DNA from: a virus
Lineage: Duplodnaviria; Caudoviricetes
Length of the DNA stretch: 64,000 bases
IMG/VR virus record: IMGVR_UViG_3300037512_000871
Location: 1-64,000 of that record
Reading direction: 5' to 3' (one strand)
Shown: piece after piece, positions 27,524 to 37,048 of the stretch
How positions within the stretch are numbered: position 1 is the first letter of the stretch
How the letters are laid out: each line of letters opens with the position of its first letter
Notes under the pieces: generated by a model
What the model saw: the letters and a program-made list of their open reading frames with translations, nothing else
Databases searched by the model: none
Told to the model about the DNA's origin: nothing
Program-made: the position numbers and the translations under genes

Positions 27524-30500
27524 ATGGCTACTGGTTCCCCTGTTTCTTTCTGGTACGGTACTCGCGCACAGTACGACAGTATCACTACAAAACTCGATAC
27601 AACTCTTTACTTCATTACGGACGAACAGGCTCTTTACAAGGGTGCGATTAAGTTCTCCGGCTCTGGTGTTGATACCCTGCTCTCTGTTGGTACATCTGCC
27701 CCAACACCGACTCAGGCGTATGATAAATATTTCAACACAAGTACAGGTCTCATTTACGTTCTGAGTGCTACGGGTTCTACTGTTTCCAGTTACACCCCTG
27801 CAAATGGCGCACTTTATTATAATGCAGACTCTCAGCGTTTCATAACACTTACTTTTGATGGCTCTGCTTGGTCTGAAAACGATATTTATGATGCAGGTAT
27901 GAGTGTTGCTGACGGTACTGGTCTGTATCTTAACGGTACTACTGTTGGCGGTCTTGATGCTACAACTTCCTCCAAGGGTGTTGTTCAGATTGGCAATAAC
28001 ATCACTGTGTCGAATGGTACTATCTCCGTTCCTGTTGCCGCGAGTAACGTTTTTGGTGTTGTGAAAATTGGAGACAACATCACAAACAACAGTGGTACAA
28101 TTTCTATTGCCAAAGCTACTGCATCTTCTCTTGGTGTGGTTAAAGTCGGTAGTAACATCTCCGTTGACGCTTCTGGTAGTATTTCTGTTCCTGTTGCCAC
28201 TGATTCTGCTCTCGGTGTTATGTTTGTCAGTGGGGGTGCATCTTCTCAAAATGGTGTCACATTGAGTCTAAATGCATCAGGAGCTTTGTTCATTTCTGTT
28301 AATAAAGCTACTGGTAGTCAATATGGTACTACTAAATTAGTCACTGGTTTTACAGCTTCTAATTTAGCTGATGATGAATGGTGGGAGATGCACGAGGATG
28401 CTTCTTCTCTTGCTTCTACTTTAAGTGCTGTTCGTGAGTTTACTTATGCAGTTCTTGATAATCTTTCTGTTGGTCTAAGTGTTGATTCTACTACTGGAAA
28501 AGCTAAAATAGCTGATGCCTCCACTTCTCAAAAAGGTGTGGTTCAGCTTGTTAATGATGCAGATTCCAGTGATATGAGTTCTGAAACAAAAGCTATTACA
28601 CCTCATGCGGTTGGTCAGGTTGCAGATGGTCTTACTGCTGAAATTAACTTAAAGCAAGACATTCTTACAAACGCCACTAACGCTGGTGACGGTATTATCA
28701 TTGAAAACAGTAGAATTAAGACGGATATTGCTACTGTTGAAGAGGTTGTTACTGGTGAGACTGGAACACACCTTGTTGATGCTGATGGTCTTACTGGTGC
28801 ATTAAGTCTTGGACAAGCAAATGATGTAAGTTGTTGTCCGGCTGTAAAAGCAGGTACATTAACATTGAATGGACAAGCTGTTACGGACACAAACTATTTA
28901 TCTAATGATTATCCTATGCTGTGGACATTTACTGGTAGTGGTTCTGAAAATTCTTTTGGTTTTTATGGGACACATCCTTTCCCAAAATTTGCAACAAATA
29001 GAAAGTATTTATTTATTGCAGACATTACTGTAAATAGCGGAAGTTCAGCGGCTTATTTTAAGAGTCATAATGGGGTTGATGTCCTAGGAAATGCATTAGG
29101 TAAAGTTCATGATGCAGGCGAAACATTTAGACTTGCAATGACTTTTACAACTTCTGGTGCTGATGTTTCTGTTAATACAATTAGTGGATATTCTTACTCA
29201 TTTAATATAACAAATTGTCGTCAATATGCTGTCACTGGCATGTCTGATGAGGCTATTAAATATTTAGCTAGTGCAGAAACAAATCCGAATCCTGATGCTT
29301 TATTCCGTTCTACTAACATGTCTTCTGTTATCAGTCGTTATCTGATTAAGCAGAATATGGTTTCGCCTTGGATGGGTGTTATTGGTATGAAGGATAACAG
29401 TGATATGACAGTTGCCGCTGGTTCTAATTATAAGATTAAGTACACAGATAATGCAGACCATACCGTTTCTGTTGATACTTTCCCGAATGATGCTTATGGT
29501 TGGGATTCTCATATTCAGATGTTCGTTAAGGGTACTTCTCATATCATCTTCAAGTCTCCGCTTATTCTTATGAATGCTTTAACACCTAATGCTGGTCATA
29601 ACTTGGTGGTTAAATATCGTAACGGTCAGGCTCTTGTTTACGTTGAAGACACTGACGCTGGTAATATTGTTTATCTTGTTTCCGGCTCTTCTACTACACA
29701 GGGTTCTCTTGCTTATGGGCTTGCTCAAACACCTACCACAGAAGATGCAACTTATACAAACTATGTTGTGTTTGGTTCTACTGTGAATGGTCTTGTTTGT
29801 GACGCTGGAACTATGTCTAATATAGGTTACAGTGCAAGCCTTATTGGTAATGGTGACGATACTACCTTTATTACTGGTACTCTTGGTTTTGCGTCTGGTA
29901 AGTCTATGTATGTGCAAGACCTCAATCTTAAAGACATAGAGATTACTTCTGGTTCTCTTAATATCGGAAATAATGTTAAGATTACTGGTGCTACTTCTAA
30001 TGGTGTTGAGGGTAATGGTAATATTGTACTGGAAGATAACTGCTTACTTGATTTCAGCGACCAAGCAAATAATGTGCCTATCACTGCTTTTACTGTTACT
30101 GCTGTGGATGGTGCAAGAGCTATTCCTTATGGTGAGACAGAGAGTGAAGCTATTGTTGCTGGTACTGGTAATGCTGTGAACAAGTATGGTAAGTGTGGGT
30201 ATCTTGTCAGTGATGCTTCTGCTACTGCCTCTAATACACTTTATGATGCGTTAGTTGGTAATGGTAGTAGTTATAGTAATGTGATATTTGATCCGGCGCT
30301 GAATGAACAGACTGTGAATCTTGTAGCTGGCACAACAATCAGCAGGCATGTAGTTATTGCTGGCAATGGAACAGAGAATACTGTTATCGGCACTGCTAGT
30401 AGTACACTAGATACCATGAAATTAGCAGATTCTGTAGCTCTTACAATAAAAGATGTACAGTTAAATATGGCTATAAATTGGGGTAATCATGGTGCAATAA

Positions 30501-31687
30501 AACTGAGTAATGTTCTGTATAAAGATCTCAATGTTACTACTTCTATGAGTCTTTTGTATTCAGCAAACAGTAATCAGGATTTGTGCTATCTGACAGGTTC
30601 TACGTTTTCTAATGTTAAGTTATCGACTGGTGCTAATTCTGGTATACTTAGTGCCGTATACGGCAAATGGGAAATAACAGACTGCGAGGTAAGTGGGTGT
30701 ACGATAACGCGCAACAGCCAAATTGGAGTATTTTGTCGTGTTTCTGCTGAGTCTATTTTAAGAAACTGCACTTTCACGAATAATTATTTCAGTTTCAGTT
30801 TTTATGGCTCGTCTATTGCCGGATTAGTCGATAATTGCTCCTTTACAAATCATACTGGTGGTGTTTTTAGCCTTGATGATTCTTCGGGTTCTGGAGCAAA
30901 AGTCGTTTTCTCTAATGACACGCTCGGGATAAATATAAGAGTTGCTGCTAAAGGCATTGCTACCTTCTCAGGTATAAATATCCTTGGTTCCACTGTCTTT
31001 GGTGCTGGTACTGCGGCGTTCGTTGATGGTGCAACTGTTACAAGCACGATTCCCAGCGGCAGCACGATTGGGACTGGTGTTATCAGTTGTCCTATAAATA
31101 TCGGTTCTAATTCTGCTACAATAGAAAATATCACTATTACAGGAGTGACTTATGGTAGTTGTTTTGGAACAGAAAGCGGTGCTTCCGTCATCTTAAATAA
31201 TGTAGAAGTAACTGGAAATACATTCAGTGAGTTATTATGTATTTCTTCTCTTGAAGGTCGTTATTATGAATTGAATGATTGTTGGATTCATGCAAATGCT
31301 AATAGTGCTAATGGTATTTCAGGGCTTGGTGGTGTGATACAAGTAACAAACAGTCGTACTGGCGGTATAACATATAATGGAGCTATTGTTGTATTTGTCG
31401 GCAACAGCACTGTTTCTTCTCTGTCTACAAATACTTCTTCTGCAACAGGAACATTGGTTTTAACACCCGGTTCTACGGTTACAGCTACTAACGGTGTAAT
31501 CAACAGTCAAGGTACAGCAAGAATTGTTGTTGGTACGTATGATAAAGAAACTGGAACAGTAACCGAAGCTGAAACCGGTTCTGCTGTTGCAATTGTTGGT
31601 GGTACAAGTTTTATTGTATCTGGAAATGGAACTTACATTAATCCAAATAGTACACCCCCCACAGACTTGGTACTTGTGTCTGATTAA
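27524..31687 (+). CDS. tail fibre/receptor-binding protein with fibre repeats and C-terminal beta-helix
   Basis: GT.AQYD....D.TLYFITD N-terminus; ATxSxxGVVKIG repeats; CTFTNN-type beta-helix repeats. Confidence 0.85.
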   Translation: MATGSPVSFWYGTRAQYDSITTKLDTTLYFITDEQALYKGAIKFSGSGVDTLLSVGTSAPTPTQAYDKYFNTSTGLIYVLSATGSTVSSYTPANGALYYNADSQRFITLTFDGSAWSENDIYDAGMSVADGTGLYLNGTTVGGLDATTSSKGVVQIGNNITVSNGTISVPVAASNVFGVVKIGDNITNNSGTISIAKATASSLGVVKVGSNISVDASGSISVPVATDSALGVMFVSGGASSQNGVTLSLNASGALFISVNKATGSQYGTTKLVTGFTASNLADDEWWEMHEDASSLASTLSAVREFTYAVLDNLSVGLSVDSTTGKAKIADASTSQKGVVQLVNDADSSDMSSETKAITPHAVGQVADGLTAEINLKQDILTNATNAGDGIIIENSRIKTDIATVEEVVTGETGTHLVDADGLTGALSLGQANDVSCCPAVKAGTLTLNGQAVTDTNYLSNDYPMLWTFTGSGSENSFGFYGTHPFPKFATNRKYLFIADITVNSGSSAAYFKSHNGVDVLGNALGKVHDAGETFRLAMTFTTSGADVSVNTISGYSYSFNITNCRQYAVTGMSDEAIKYLASAETNPNPDALFRSTNMSSVISRYLIKQNMVSPWMGVIGMKDNSDMTVAAGSNYKIKYTDNADHTVSVDTFPNDAYGWDSHIQMFVKGTSHIIFKSPLILMNALTPNAGHNLVVKYRNGQALVYVEDTDAGNIVYLVSGSSTTQGSLAYGLAQTPTTEDATYTNYVVFGSTVNGLVCDAGTMSNIGYSASLIGNGDDTTFITGTLGFASGKSMYVQDLNLKDIEITSGSLNIGNNVKITGATSNGVEGNGNIVLEDNCLLDFSDQANNVPITAFTVTAVDGARAIPYGETESEAIVAGTGNAVNKYGKCGYLVSDASATASNTLYDALVGNGSSYSNVIFDPALNEQTVNLVAGTTISRHVVIAGNGTENTVIGTASSTLDTMKLADSVALTIKDVQLNMAINWGNHGAIKLSNVLYKDLNVTTSMSLLYSANSNQDLCYLTGSTFSNVKLSTGANSGILSAVYGKWEITDCEVSGCTITRNSQIGVFCRVSAESILRNCTFTNNYFSFSFYGSSIAGLVDNCSFTNHTGGVFSLDDSSGSGAKVVFSNDTLGINIRVAAKGIATFSGINILGSTVFGAGTAAFVDGATVTSTIPSGSTIGTGVISCPINIGSNSATIENITITGVTYGSCFGTESGASVILNNVEVTGNTFSELLCISSLEGRYYELNDCWIHANANSANGISGLGGVIQVTNSRTGGITYNGAIVVFVGNSTVSSLSTNTSSATGTLVLTPGSTVTATNGVINSQGTARIVVGTYDKETGTVTEAETGSAVAIVGGTSFIVSGNGTYINPNSTPPTDLVLVSD

Positions 31688-31718
31688 ACGATTTATCATA
31701 ATATAAGGAGTTTAACAT

Positions 31719-32120
31719 ATGAAAATATATACTGATAAGTATGGTAATGTTTTTAAGGGTGCTTGTCCTAATCCTTTTCATTTAGATGGGGACACTTGGA
31801 GTCCTGTTACTGATGAAAAGTTTATTGAATTAGGCGGTACTATTGAAGATGACGGTCAGCTTACCCCCAAAGAAGCTGTTATCGCTTCTCTCGACACCCT
31901 TATCCATCAGCTTGCCACACAGGTTCAAGGAATCACTATTGCGGAATTTAAGCAAGCCGCAAAAACCATGATTTCTTCTGACCTGATTGACTATGCTCGT
32001 GCTAAAAACGTGCCGGAAGAAATTATCACAGAAGCTCGTGGTCGTGTTGTTGAAATAATGGCAGATGCGCTTCGTATGGGTATTGTTTGGAATGAACTGA
32101 TTGACGGTATTACAGAATAA
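31719..32120 (+). CDS. putative tail-fibre-associated protein
   Basis: Position, RBS. Confidence 0.5.
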   Translation: MKIYTDKYGNVFKGACPNPFHLDGDTWSPVTDEKFIELGGTIEDDGQLTPKEAVIASLDTLIHQLATQVQGITIAEFKQAAKTMISSDLIDYARAKNVPEEIITEARGRVVEIMADALRMGIVWNELIDGITE

Positions 32121-32209
32121 GCGTGTCCGGGGTTTGGTTGGGTGGGTGCTTCTATAAATGGAGCATAAGAAGGACACATAATCATTAATAACATAAGGAG
32201 ATTTGTTGA

Positions 32210-32479
32210 ATGAAAATCAAGACAAAAGAAGGTGTAAGTGCTGAAATCACAGATGAGGAAGCAAAACGTATCGCCAAAGCTGTTTATTACGAGCCTGACG
32301 TGTTCCTGAATCGTGCGCTTGACAACATCGAAAAGATGACTGGTGTGCGTCCACATGATGAAGACAGCCTCAAAAAGTTAATGTATGAAAAAATTGAAAT
32401 TGGTGATGAAGAACACACGAACCTGTTTTACGAGATGATTGAAGCTATCATCGGCATGTTCGCTGTTGAATCCAATTAA
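32210..32479 (+). CDS. hypothetical protein
   Basis: AAGGAG RBS. Confidence 0.7.
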   Translation: MKIKTKEGVSAEITDEEAKRIAKAVYYEPDVFLNRALDNIEKMTGVRPHDEDSLKKLMYEKIEIGDEEHTNLFYEMIEAIIGMFAVESN

Positions 32480-32495
32480 TATAGGAGAACGAAGT

Positions 32496-33017
32496 ATGGA
32501 TAGAGAAGAAAATGGTAATGGAAATCCCGCCCAGAACGCTCAATGGGGCAACATGACTTGGGGTAATCAGCCGTTTATGTACGGTGGTAAGCAGGGTGCG
32601 TCCGGTATGGATGTTGCTGCTCTTGTCCTCGGTATTGCTGGTACTGCTTTTGGTCTTGCCTCCGGCGGTCTCGGTCTGTTCAATCGTAATGGTCAGAACG
32701 GTCCGAATGGTGGTCCGAATGTTCAGGACAGGCTTGCGGCGCTTGAAGCGGCTGTGGCTGTTAATACTCAGCGCGACATTGACCTTGCTGAACAGACTAA
32801 GCTCCAAATCGAGAATGCCAAACTTCAAGCCAAACTTGATGTTAAGGATTCTCAGGCTGTTCTCACTGCGCTTATTACTGGTGTCAACAATCAGGTCATT
32901 ACGAATACTGGCACTCTTGGTTGCGTTGAAGGTAAAGTCAACGGTCTCATTAAGATTGGTATTCCTGAAGCGAATATCATTCCCGCTACTGCCGCTACTG
33001 CCTCCACTAATGGATAA
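32496..33017 (+). CDS. glycine-zipper membrane plus coiled-coil protein
   Basis: LVLGIAGTAFGLASGGLG; high-expression codons; followed by a hairpin. Confidence 0.7.
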   Translation: MDREENGNGNPAQNAQWGNMTWGNQPFMYGGKQGASGMDVAALVLGIAGTAFGLASGGLGLFNRNGQNGPNGGPNVQDRLAALEAAVAVNTQRDIDLAEQTKLQIENAKLQAKLDVKDSQAVLTALITGVNNQVITNTGTLGCVEGKVNGLIKIGIPEANIIPATAATASTNG

Positions 33018-33029
33018 CCATTAACTTCA

Positions 33030-33063
33030 CTCCGAGGTGGTTTTGCGCCACCTCGGAGGCTTC
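33030..33063 (+). terminator. terminator-like hairpin
   Basis: 11-bp stem ctccgaggtgg/ccacctcggag. Confidence 0.65.
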
Positions 33064-33077
33064 CATAAGGATGATAT

Positions 33078-33440
33078 ATGAACGCACAAAACTTCTTGAT
33101 GTCGGTTGGCTCTGCTCTTGTCAGTTTAGTAATGCCTGAATGTCATGGTGTATTTGAATCAAGCGTTGCTAGTACAGTTATTTTCAGTCAGATTTGGCGC
33201 GCTATGAAATATGTCAATCAGCATGAAAAAGAGCTTCGAGAGATGGGAATTATCGACAAGGATGGGAACGTTGATGTTGAGATGGCGTCATTCGCTGTCA
33301 GTCATGGGTTTAAGTTTCCGATTAAGGTTGGACCGTTCGTATTCAAACAGGAAGATTGGACATATATTATCAATACAATTCGTCCTAATGATATAAAAGA
33401 CGTTGAGATAGTTGAAACAGACACAGGAGGTTTGAAATGA
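33078..33440 (+). CDS. hypothetical protein
   Basis: RBS, in operon. Confidence 0.7.
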   Translation: MNAQNFLMSVGSALVSLVMPECHGVFESSVASTVIFSQIWRAMKYVNQHEKELREMGIIDKDGNVDVEMASFAVSHGFKFPIKVGPFVFKQEDWTYIINTIRPNDIKDVEIVETDTGGLK

Positions 33441-33877
33441 CCTATAGTGAAGTTAAACAATTAAGGCGCATGGCTGTTGAGGCTGGTCTTGACGGCGCGA
33501 AGAAATTACAGAGATATTCCATTGAAGATTTGAAGAAAATTTACAACGGAATTGGCTCTGATAGTTTCCCTGAATGGTTACGAGCTGTCATATCTTACCT
33601 CCACCCCACGCTCAGACCTGTTGCCATGATTCACGATGTTGAGTGGCATAAATCAGATGGTAAAATGGCTACGTTTACGGCTTCAAATGACCGCTTCAAA
33701 GCAAACGGATATAAGATTGCAAAGTATCGTTATTGCTTCTTAGACCCACGGCGTTATATCGTTATGCATCAAGCGCGTAAATTTGCAAACGTGTGTCAGC
33801 TTTTCGGTTGGTCTGCGTGGACATCTCCTTGTGAGTGTGCTATTTGCAGAGCTAAAAGGAAGGGGAAGGCAAAATGA
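33437..33877 (+). CDS. phospholipase A2-like (NGxG...HD) phage protein
   Basis: YNGIG, AMIHDVEW, SNDRF, FGW.AW. Confidence 0.5.
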   Translation: MTYSEVKQLRRMAVEAGLDGAKKLQRYSIEDLKKIYNGIGSDSFPEWLRAVISYLHPTLRPVAMIHDVEWHKSDGKMATFTASNDRFKANGYKIAKYRYCFLDPRRYIVMHQARKFANVCQLFGWSAWTSPCECAICRAKRKGKAK

Positions 33878-34149
33878 CACAAACAGAGCAAAAAATCATG
33901 GACATTTTGCTTGACATTCAGAGTAAGGTATCAAACATGAGTGCCAAGGTCCAAAACGATTACTTAGCTCTTCATGGTAACGGCAAACCCGGTCTTTTGA
34001 AAGAGGTTGAGGAGCTTACCAAGAGGGTCATAGCAATCGAAGTCAAAGATTCCACAAACCATACAGCCGCAGGTAAAGTGGCTGTTATACTCGGTTGGCT
34101 GATTACTACTATCATAGCGTTAGTCGCCTTATTCAAACCCATCGTGTGA
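33874..34149 (+). CDS. putative holin
   Basis: Coiled coil, GNGKPGL, C-terminal TM helix. Confidence 0.55.
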   Translation: MTQTEQKIMDILLDIQSKVSNMSAKVQNDYLALHGNGKPGLLKEVEELTKRVIAIEVKDSTNHTAAGKVAVILGWLITTIIALVALFKPIV

Positions 34150-34156
34150 GGTGAAA

Positions 34157-34780
34157 ATGCCCGGTTTAATGATTTGGTGTACATGTGCCGAAAACAACAA
34201 AGAAGTCTACCTGAAACGTGTCGCTCATTGGTACGAACAGGTAAGGTCTATTTTCGGCAAATTCAACCCGGACTATTATGTCTTTGTTGACGGAACTATA
34301 ACGGAAGACGATATAGTTAGGGCTGACCTGTCTTTGGTGAATGTGAAGTTTGTGAACCAGACACCGAAGTTAGGTCGTGCGAATGTAGCCGTGTTTCAGG
34401 GGTGGAAGCGTTCATTGAAAACTGCCCTTGAGTACGGAAGAGCATACAAATACATCATTCATATCGAGAATGACGTCAAAATCCTCCACACGGATAAGAT
34501 ATTCAAATATATGAAAGAACCCGGAGTTTACATGGGGGTATGCAGAAAGTATGGATTCCCTGAAACTGCATTTATGATTCTGAACGACCAAGAAGTCAAT
34601 GCAGAAATTGTAAAACATTATGCAAGTGAAGAAAATCTGTACGAACTTGCTATCGCTGAACATGTTATAGGCAGAATCGCAAACGGTAAATGCCATTATG
34701 TGTTCAAGACCGACCGTTTAGAAGACCCCGGACGTTTTAATCCAGACTACGATTACGTTTGTCAATACCAATACACCTAA
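34157..34780 (+). CDS. GT-A-like glycosyltransferase
   Basis: VFVDG, LGR...GWKRS..A, YIIHIEND (DxD-equivalent), PET. Confidence 0.55.
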   Translation: MPGLMIWCTCAENNKEVYLKRVAHWYEQVRSIFGKFNPDYYVFVDGTITEDDIVRADLSLVNVKFVNQTPKLGRANVAVFQGWKRSLKTALEYGRAYKYIIHIENDVKILHTDKIFKYMKEPGVYMGVCRKYGFPETAFMILNDQEVNAEIVKHYASEENLYELAIAEHVIGRIANGKCHYVFKTDRLEDPGRFNPDYDYVCQYQYT

Positions 34781-34797
34781 CATAAGGAGATAGAAGT

Positions 34798-35151
34798 ATG
34801 AAGAAACTTGTTACAATCCTCGCTTTCGCCCTCACCTTCATGGTCACTTCCTGTGGTCATAACGCCATTCAATTTTCAAAAGGAATCGGCTTTGACGCTG
34901 GATTTGACCCAGAACACATGACTGCGCGTGTCAATCTTCGTTACGGTGAGATTCTTTCTGTCGCTTGCCGTGATAACATCGAGGTTGAAGTTGCCACTGG
35001 TGTTAAGGGGGGTCAGGAGCAAGCCCAAGCATCTACGGAAACAGATTCTTCGCTCAAAATTAAAATCGGTCAGCAAATCAATGGTTATTTTGTTGAAGCC
35101 ATTGAAGCTGGTGCAGACGCTAAAGACCTCATTCAGAAGCCAACCGAATAA
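34798..35151 (+). CDS. lipoprotein
   Basis: MKK plus hydrophobic stretch plus VTSC lipobox. Confidence 0.75.
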   Translation: MKKLVTILAFALTFMVTSCGHNAIQFSKGIGFDAGFDPEHMTARVNLRYGEILSVACRDNIEVEVATGVKGGQEQAQASTETDSSLKIKIGQQINGYFVEAIEAGADAKDLIQKPTE

Positions 35152-35185
35152 CAGACCCCAACTCCTCCTTGGGTTTACATAAAGT

Positions 35186-35224
35186 GAGGCTCTCAGGTGT
35201 GGTTCCCTGAGAGCCTCTTTATTT
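35186..35224. terminator. terminator between convergent operons
   Basis: 12-bp stem gaggctctcagg/cctgagagcctc with T-rich tails. Confidence 0.85.
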
Positions 35225-35228
35225 ATGC

Positions 35229-35831
35229 TTAAAGAACTGCACCCGGTACAAATTCTTCGGAATCAAAGCATTTAGCCTCTGTAAATCCGTAGTTTGCACC
35301 GTGAGCCGCAATCATAATTATTTGAATACCAAGCGTTTTTGACAGATATTCAAGTAACTTGCCAACCATAGGCTGATAGTTGGTACTCACAGCTCCGGCG
35401 GGTTCATCGAGGATTAAAGTACGCCTCAATTTCCTCTTGTCCATACAGAGAACGGCAACACGCAGGGCTATAGCAACCATATCTGCAATACCGTCTCCGT
35501 TCTGGCTCCGAATGTCAAATATCTCCTCGCCCTTGTAAAGATACATGGAACAGGACATATTGCCGTACTTGACATTGAAATCGAGGACAAACTTATAATC
35601 CGAATCGAAAACGAACTTCAAGGTATCTGTTACGATTTTGCTCACATTCACACTAATCGTTTCAAGCGTGTAAGTGGCTGTTTCCTTGACGTAAGCCTGT
35701 AATGCCAGTGCAAGGTCGTATTCCAGATTAAGTGCCGTCAAATCGCTTTCGTAGCGGCTTAATGCTGATTTTGCCTTGTCCCGGTTGTACGAGGCAATAT
35801 CAATATAGTGTTGCATGTCTTTTATCGTCAT
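35229..35831 (-). CDS. Rad50/SbcC-like ATPase, C-terminal half
   Basis: Degenerate signature SQNGDG, ALR, Walker B LILDEP, H-loop AAH. Confidence 0.85.
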   Translation of the reverse strand: MTIKDMQHYIDIASYNRDKAKSALSRYESDLTALNLEYDLALALQAYVKETATYTLETISVNVSKIVTDTLKFVFDSDYKFVLDFNVKYGNMSCSMYLYKGEEIFDIRSQNGDGIADMVAIALRVAVLCMDKRKLRRTLILDEPAGAVSTNYQPMVGKLLEYLSKTLGIQIIMIAAHGANYGFTEAKCFDSEEFVPGAVL

Positions 35832-35832
35832 A

Positions 35833-36102
35833 TCAGACACCTTCGAGGAACTTGGAATACTTCTCTTGGAACTTGGCGAGACCTTCATCGAGTTCCTGTT
35901 GTTTCCTGTTGAGTTCCGTTGTGATTTCCTCAATGGACAGCTTGATTGCCTGAGCCAAATCGTTACCTGCTTTGACCTTTTCGGCTATGCGTGGATTCTG
36001 CATAGCCTGTTCCTTCAAAGCTGACATTTTACCTAAAGCCTTGTTGTACTGTGACTTGGCTTCTTCGATTTTGGATTTGTATTCGGAGATTGAGTTATTC
36101 AT
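35833..36102 (-). CDS. small coiled-coil protein
   Basis: In operon between Mre11 and the Rad50 C-half. Confidence 0.7.
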   Translation of the reverse strand: MNNSISEYKSKIEEAKSQYNKALGKMSALKEQAMQNPRIAEKVKAGNDLAQAIKLSIEEITTELNRKQQELDEGLAKFQEKYSKFLEGV

Positions 36103-37048
36103 ACATCGCCTCGAACATGGTTAAAAGTTTGTCGTGGTTTGGGTCGTTTGCAATAATGTGCTTGAAGTTGTCTTTGAAGCTAAGGGAAAGCTCAAAGCTA
36201 TCGTCAATCGTGTTCATCATGCCGCTTATCTTGGCGTAGAGTGCTTTCTTCTCGTCAATATGTTCGCGGTGGATGTCGTAGGTCAAAGGCAACGGATAAT
36301 CTTCAACGTTCAGGATTAGGTTGCTGTCCATGTCGTATTCAATAATCGTAGCCTTTGGTTTGTAGTCGATTTGGTCGGCGCGTAATCTGAAAACCGAACC
36401 ACAGTTGATACAGGCTATGCCATTAATCTCCTGTGAGAACGGTTTATGATAGTCGCCGGAAATAATCAACCGTGTATTCTCTGACGTACAGTTCTTGACA
36501 AACCATTCGATGTTGTTTTCTTCCTTGGCTTCATCAAACGGTTTATCCTTGTAGTACATCCCTTTGTGCATGACAATAATGGGTCTGCCGTTCTTTTTAA
36601 CAGTACCGTCATGCAAATCATCGGAATAGTACACAGGATAATACAAACCCTGATTCTTGTCAAGGTGTCTGAATACACCCATATTCGCCATAAGCGTGTA
36701 GGGAGAACGTTTCAGCTCGTCAGGATTACCACCCATGCTGTCGTGGTTTCCCGGTATGCAAATAAGGTTGCCAACACGATTAATGCCGTTAGCTCCTCTG
36801 CAAGCATTATCGAGTTGACTTAACCAACCTGCACATTGAATAAGAAACTGCATTGTGTTTGTACGCCAAGAATCAAAAATGTCTCCTGCGATTACAATGT
36901 GATTCACGCGCTGTTTCTTTGCCAATGTAGCGATAAACTGGATTTTGTTGTCGATTGTTGCAATCCAATCTTCCTGTTCATCACGGCACTCAGGCTTGTT
37001 TTCCTTTAAGTGCAGGTCAGCCAAAACAAGGATTTTATGGATTCTCAT
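36095..37048 (-). CDS. Mre11/SbcD-like metallophosphoesterase nuclease
   Basis: DLH, GDIFD, GNHD, GDYH, NCGS. Confidence 0.92.
   Translation of the reverse strand: MRIHKILVLADLHLKENKPECRDEQEDWIATIDNKIQFIATLAKKQRVNHIVIAGDIFDSWRTNTMQFLIQCAGWLSQLDNACRGANGINRVGNLICIPGNHDSMGGNPDELKRSPYTLMANMGVFRHLDKNQGLYYPVYYSDDLHDGTVKKNGRPIIVMHKGMYYKDKPFDEAKEENNIEWFVKNCTSENTRLIISGDYHKPFSQEINGIACINCGSVFRLRADQIDYKPKATIIEYDMDSNLILNVEDYPLPLTYDIHREHIDEKKALYAKISGMMNTIDDSFELSLSFKDNFKHIIANDPNHDKLLTMFEAMYE

Noticed and set aside
25429-31687. Diversity-generating retroelement or invertible fibre cassette
   Set aside because: No reverse transcriptase, invertase or TR/VR pair seen in the window.
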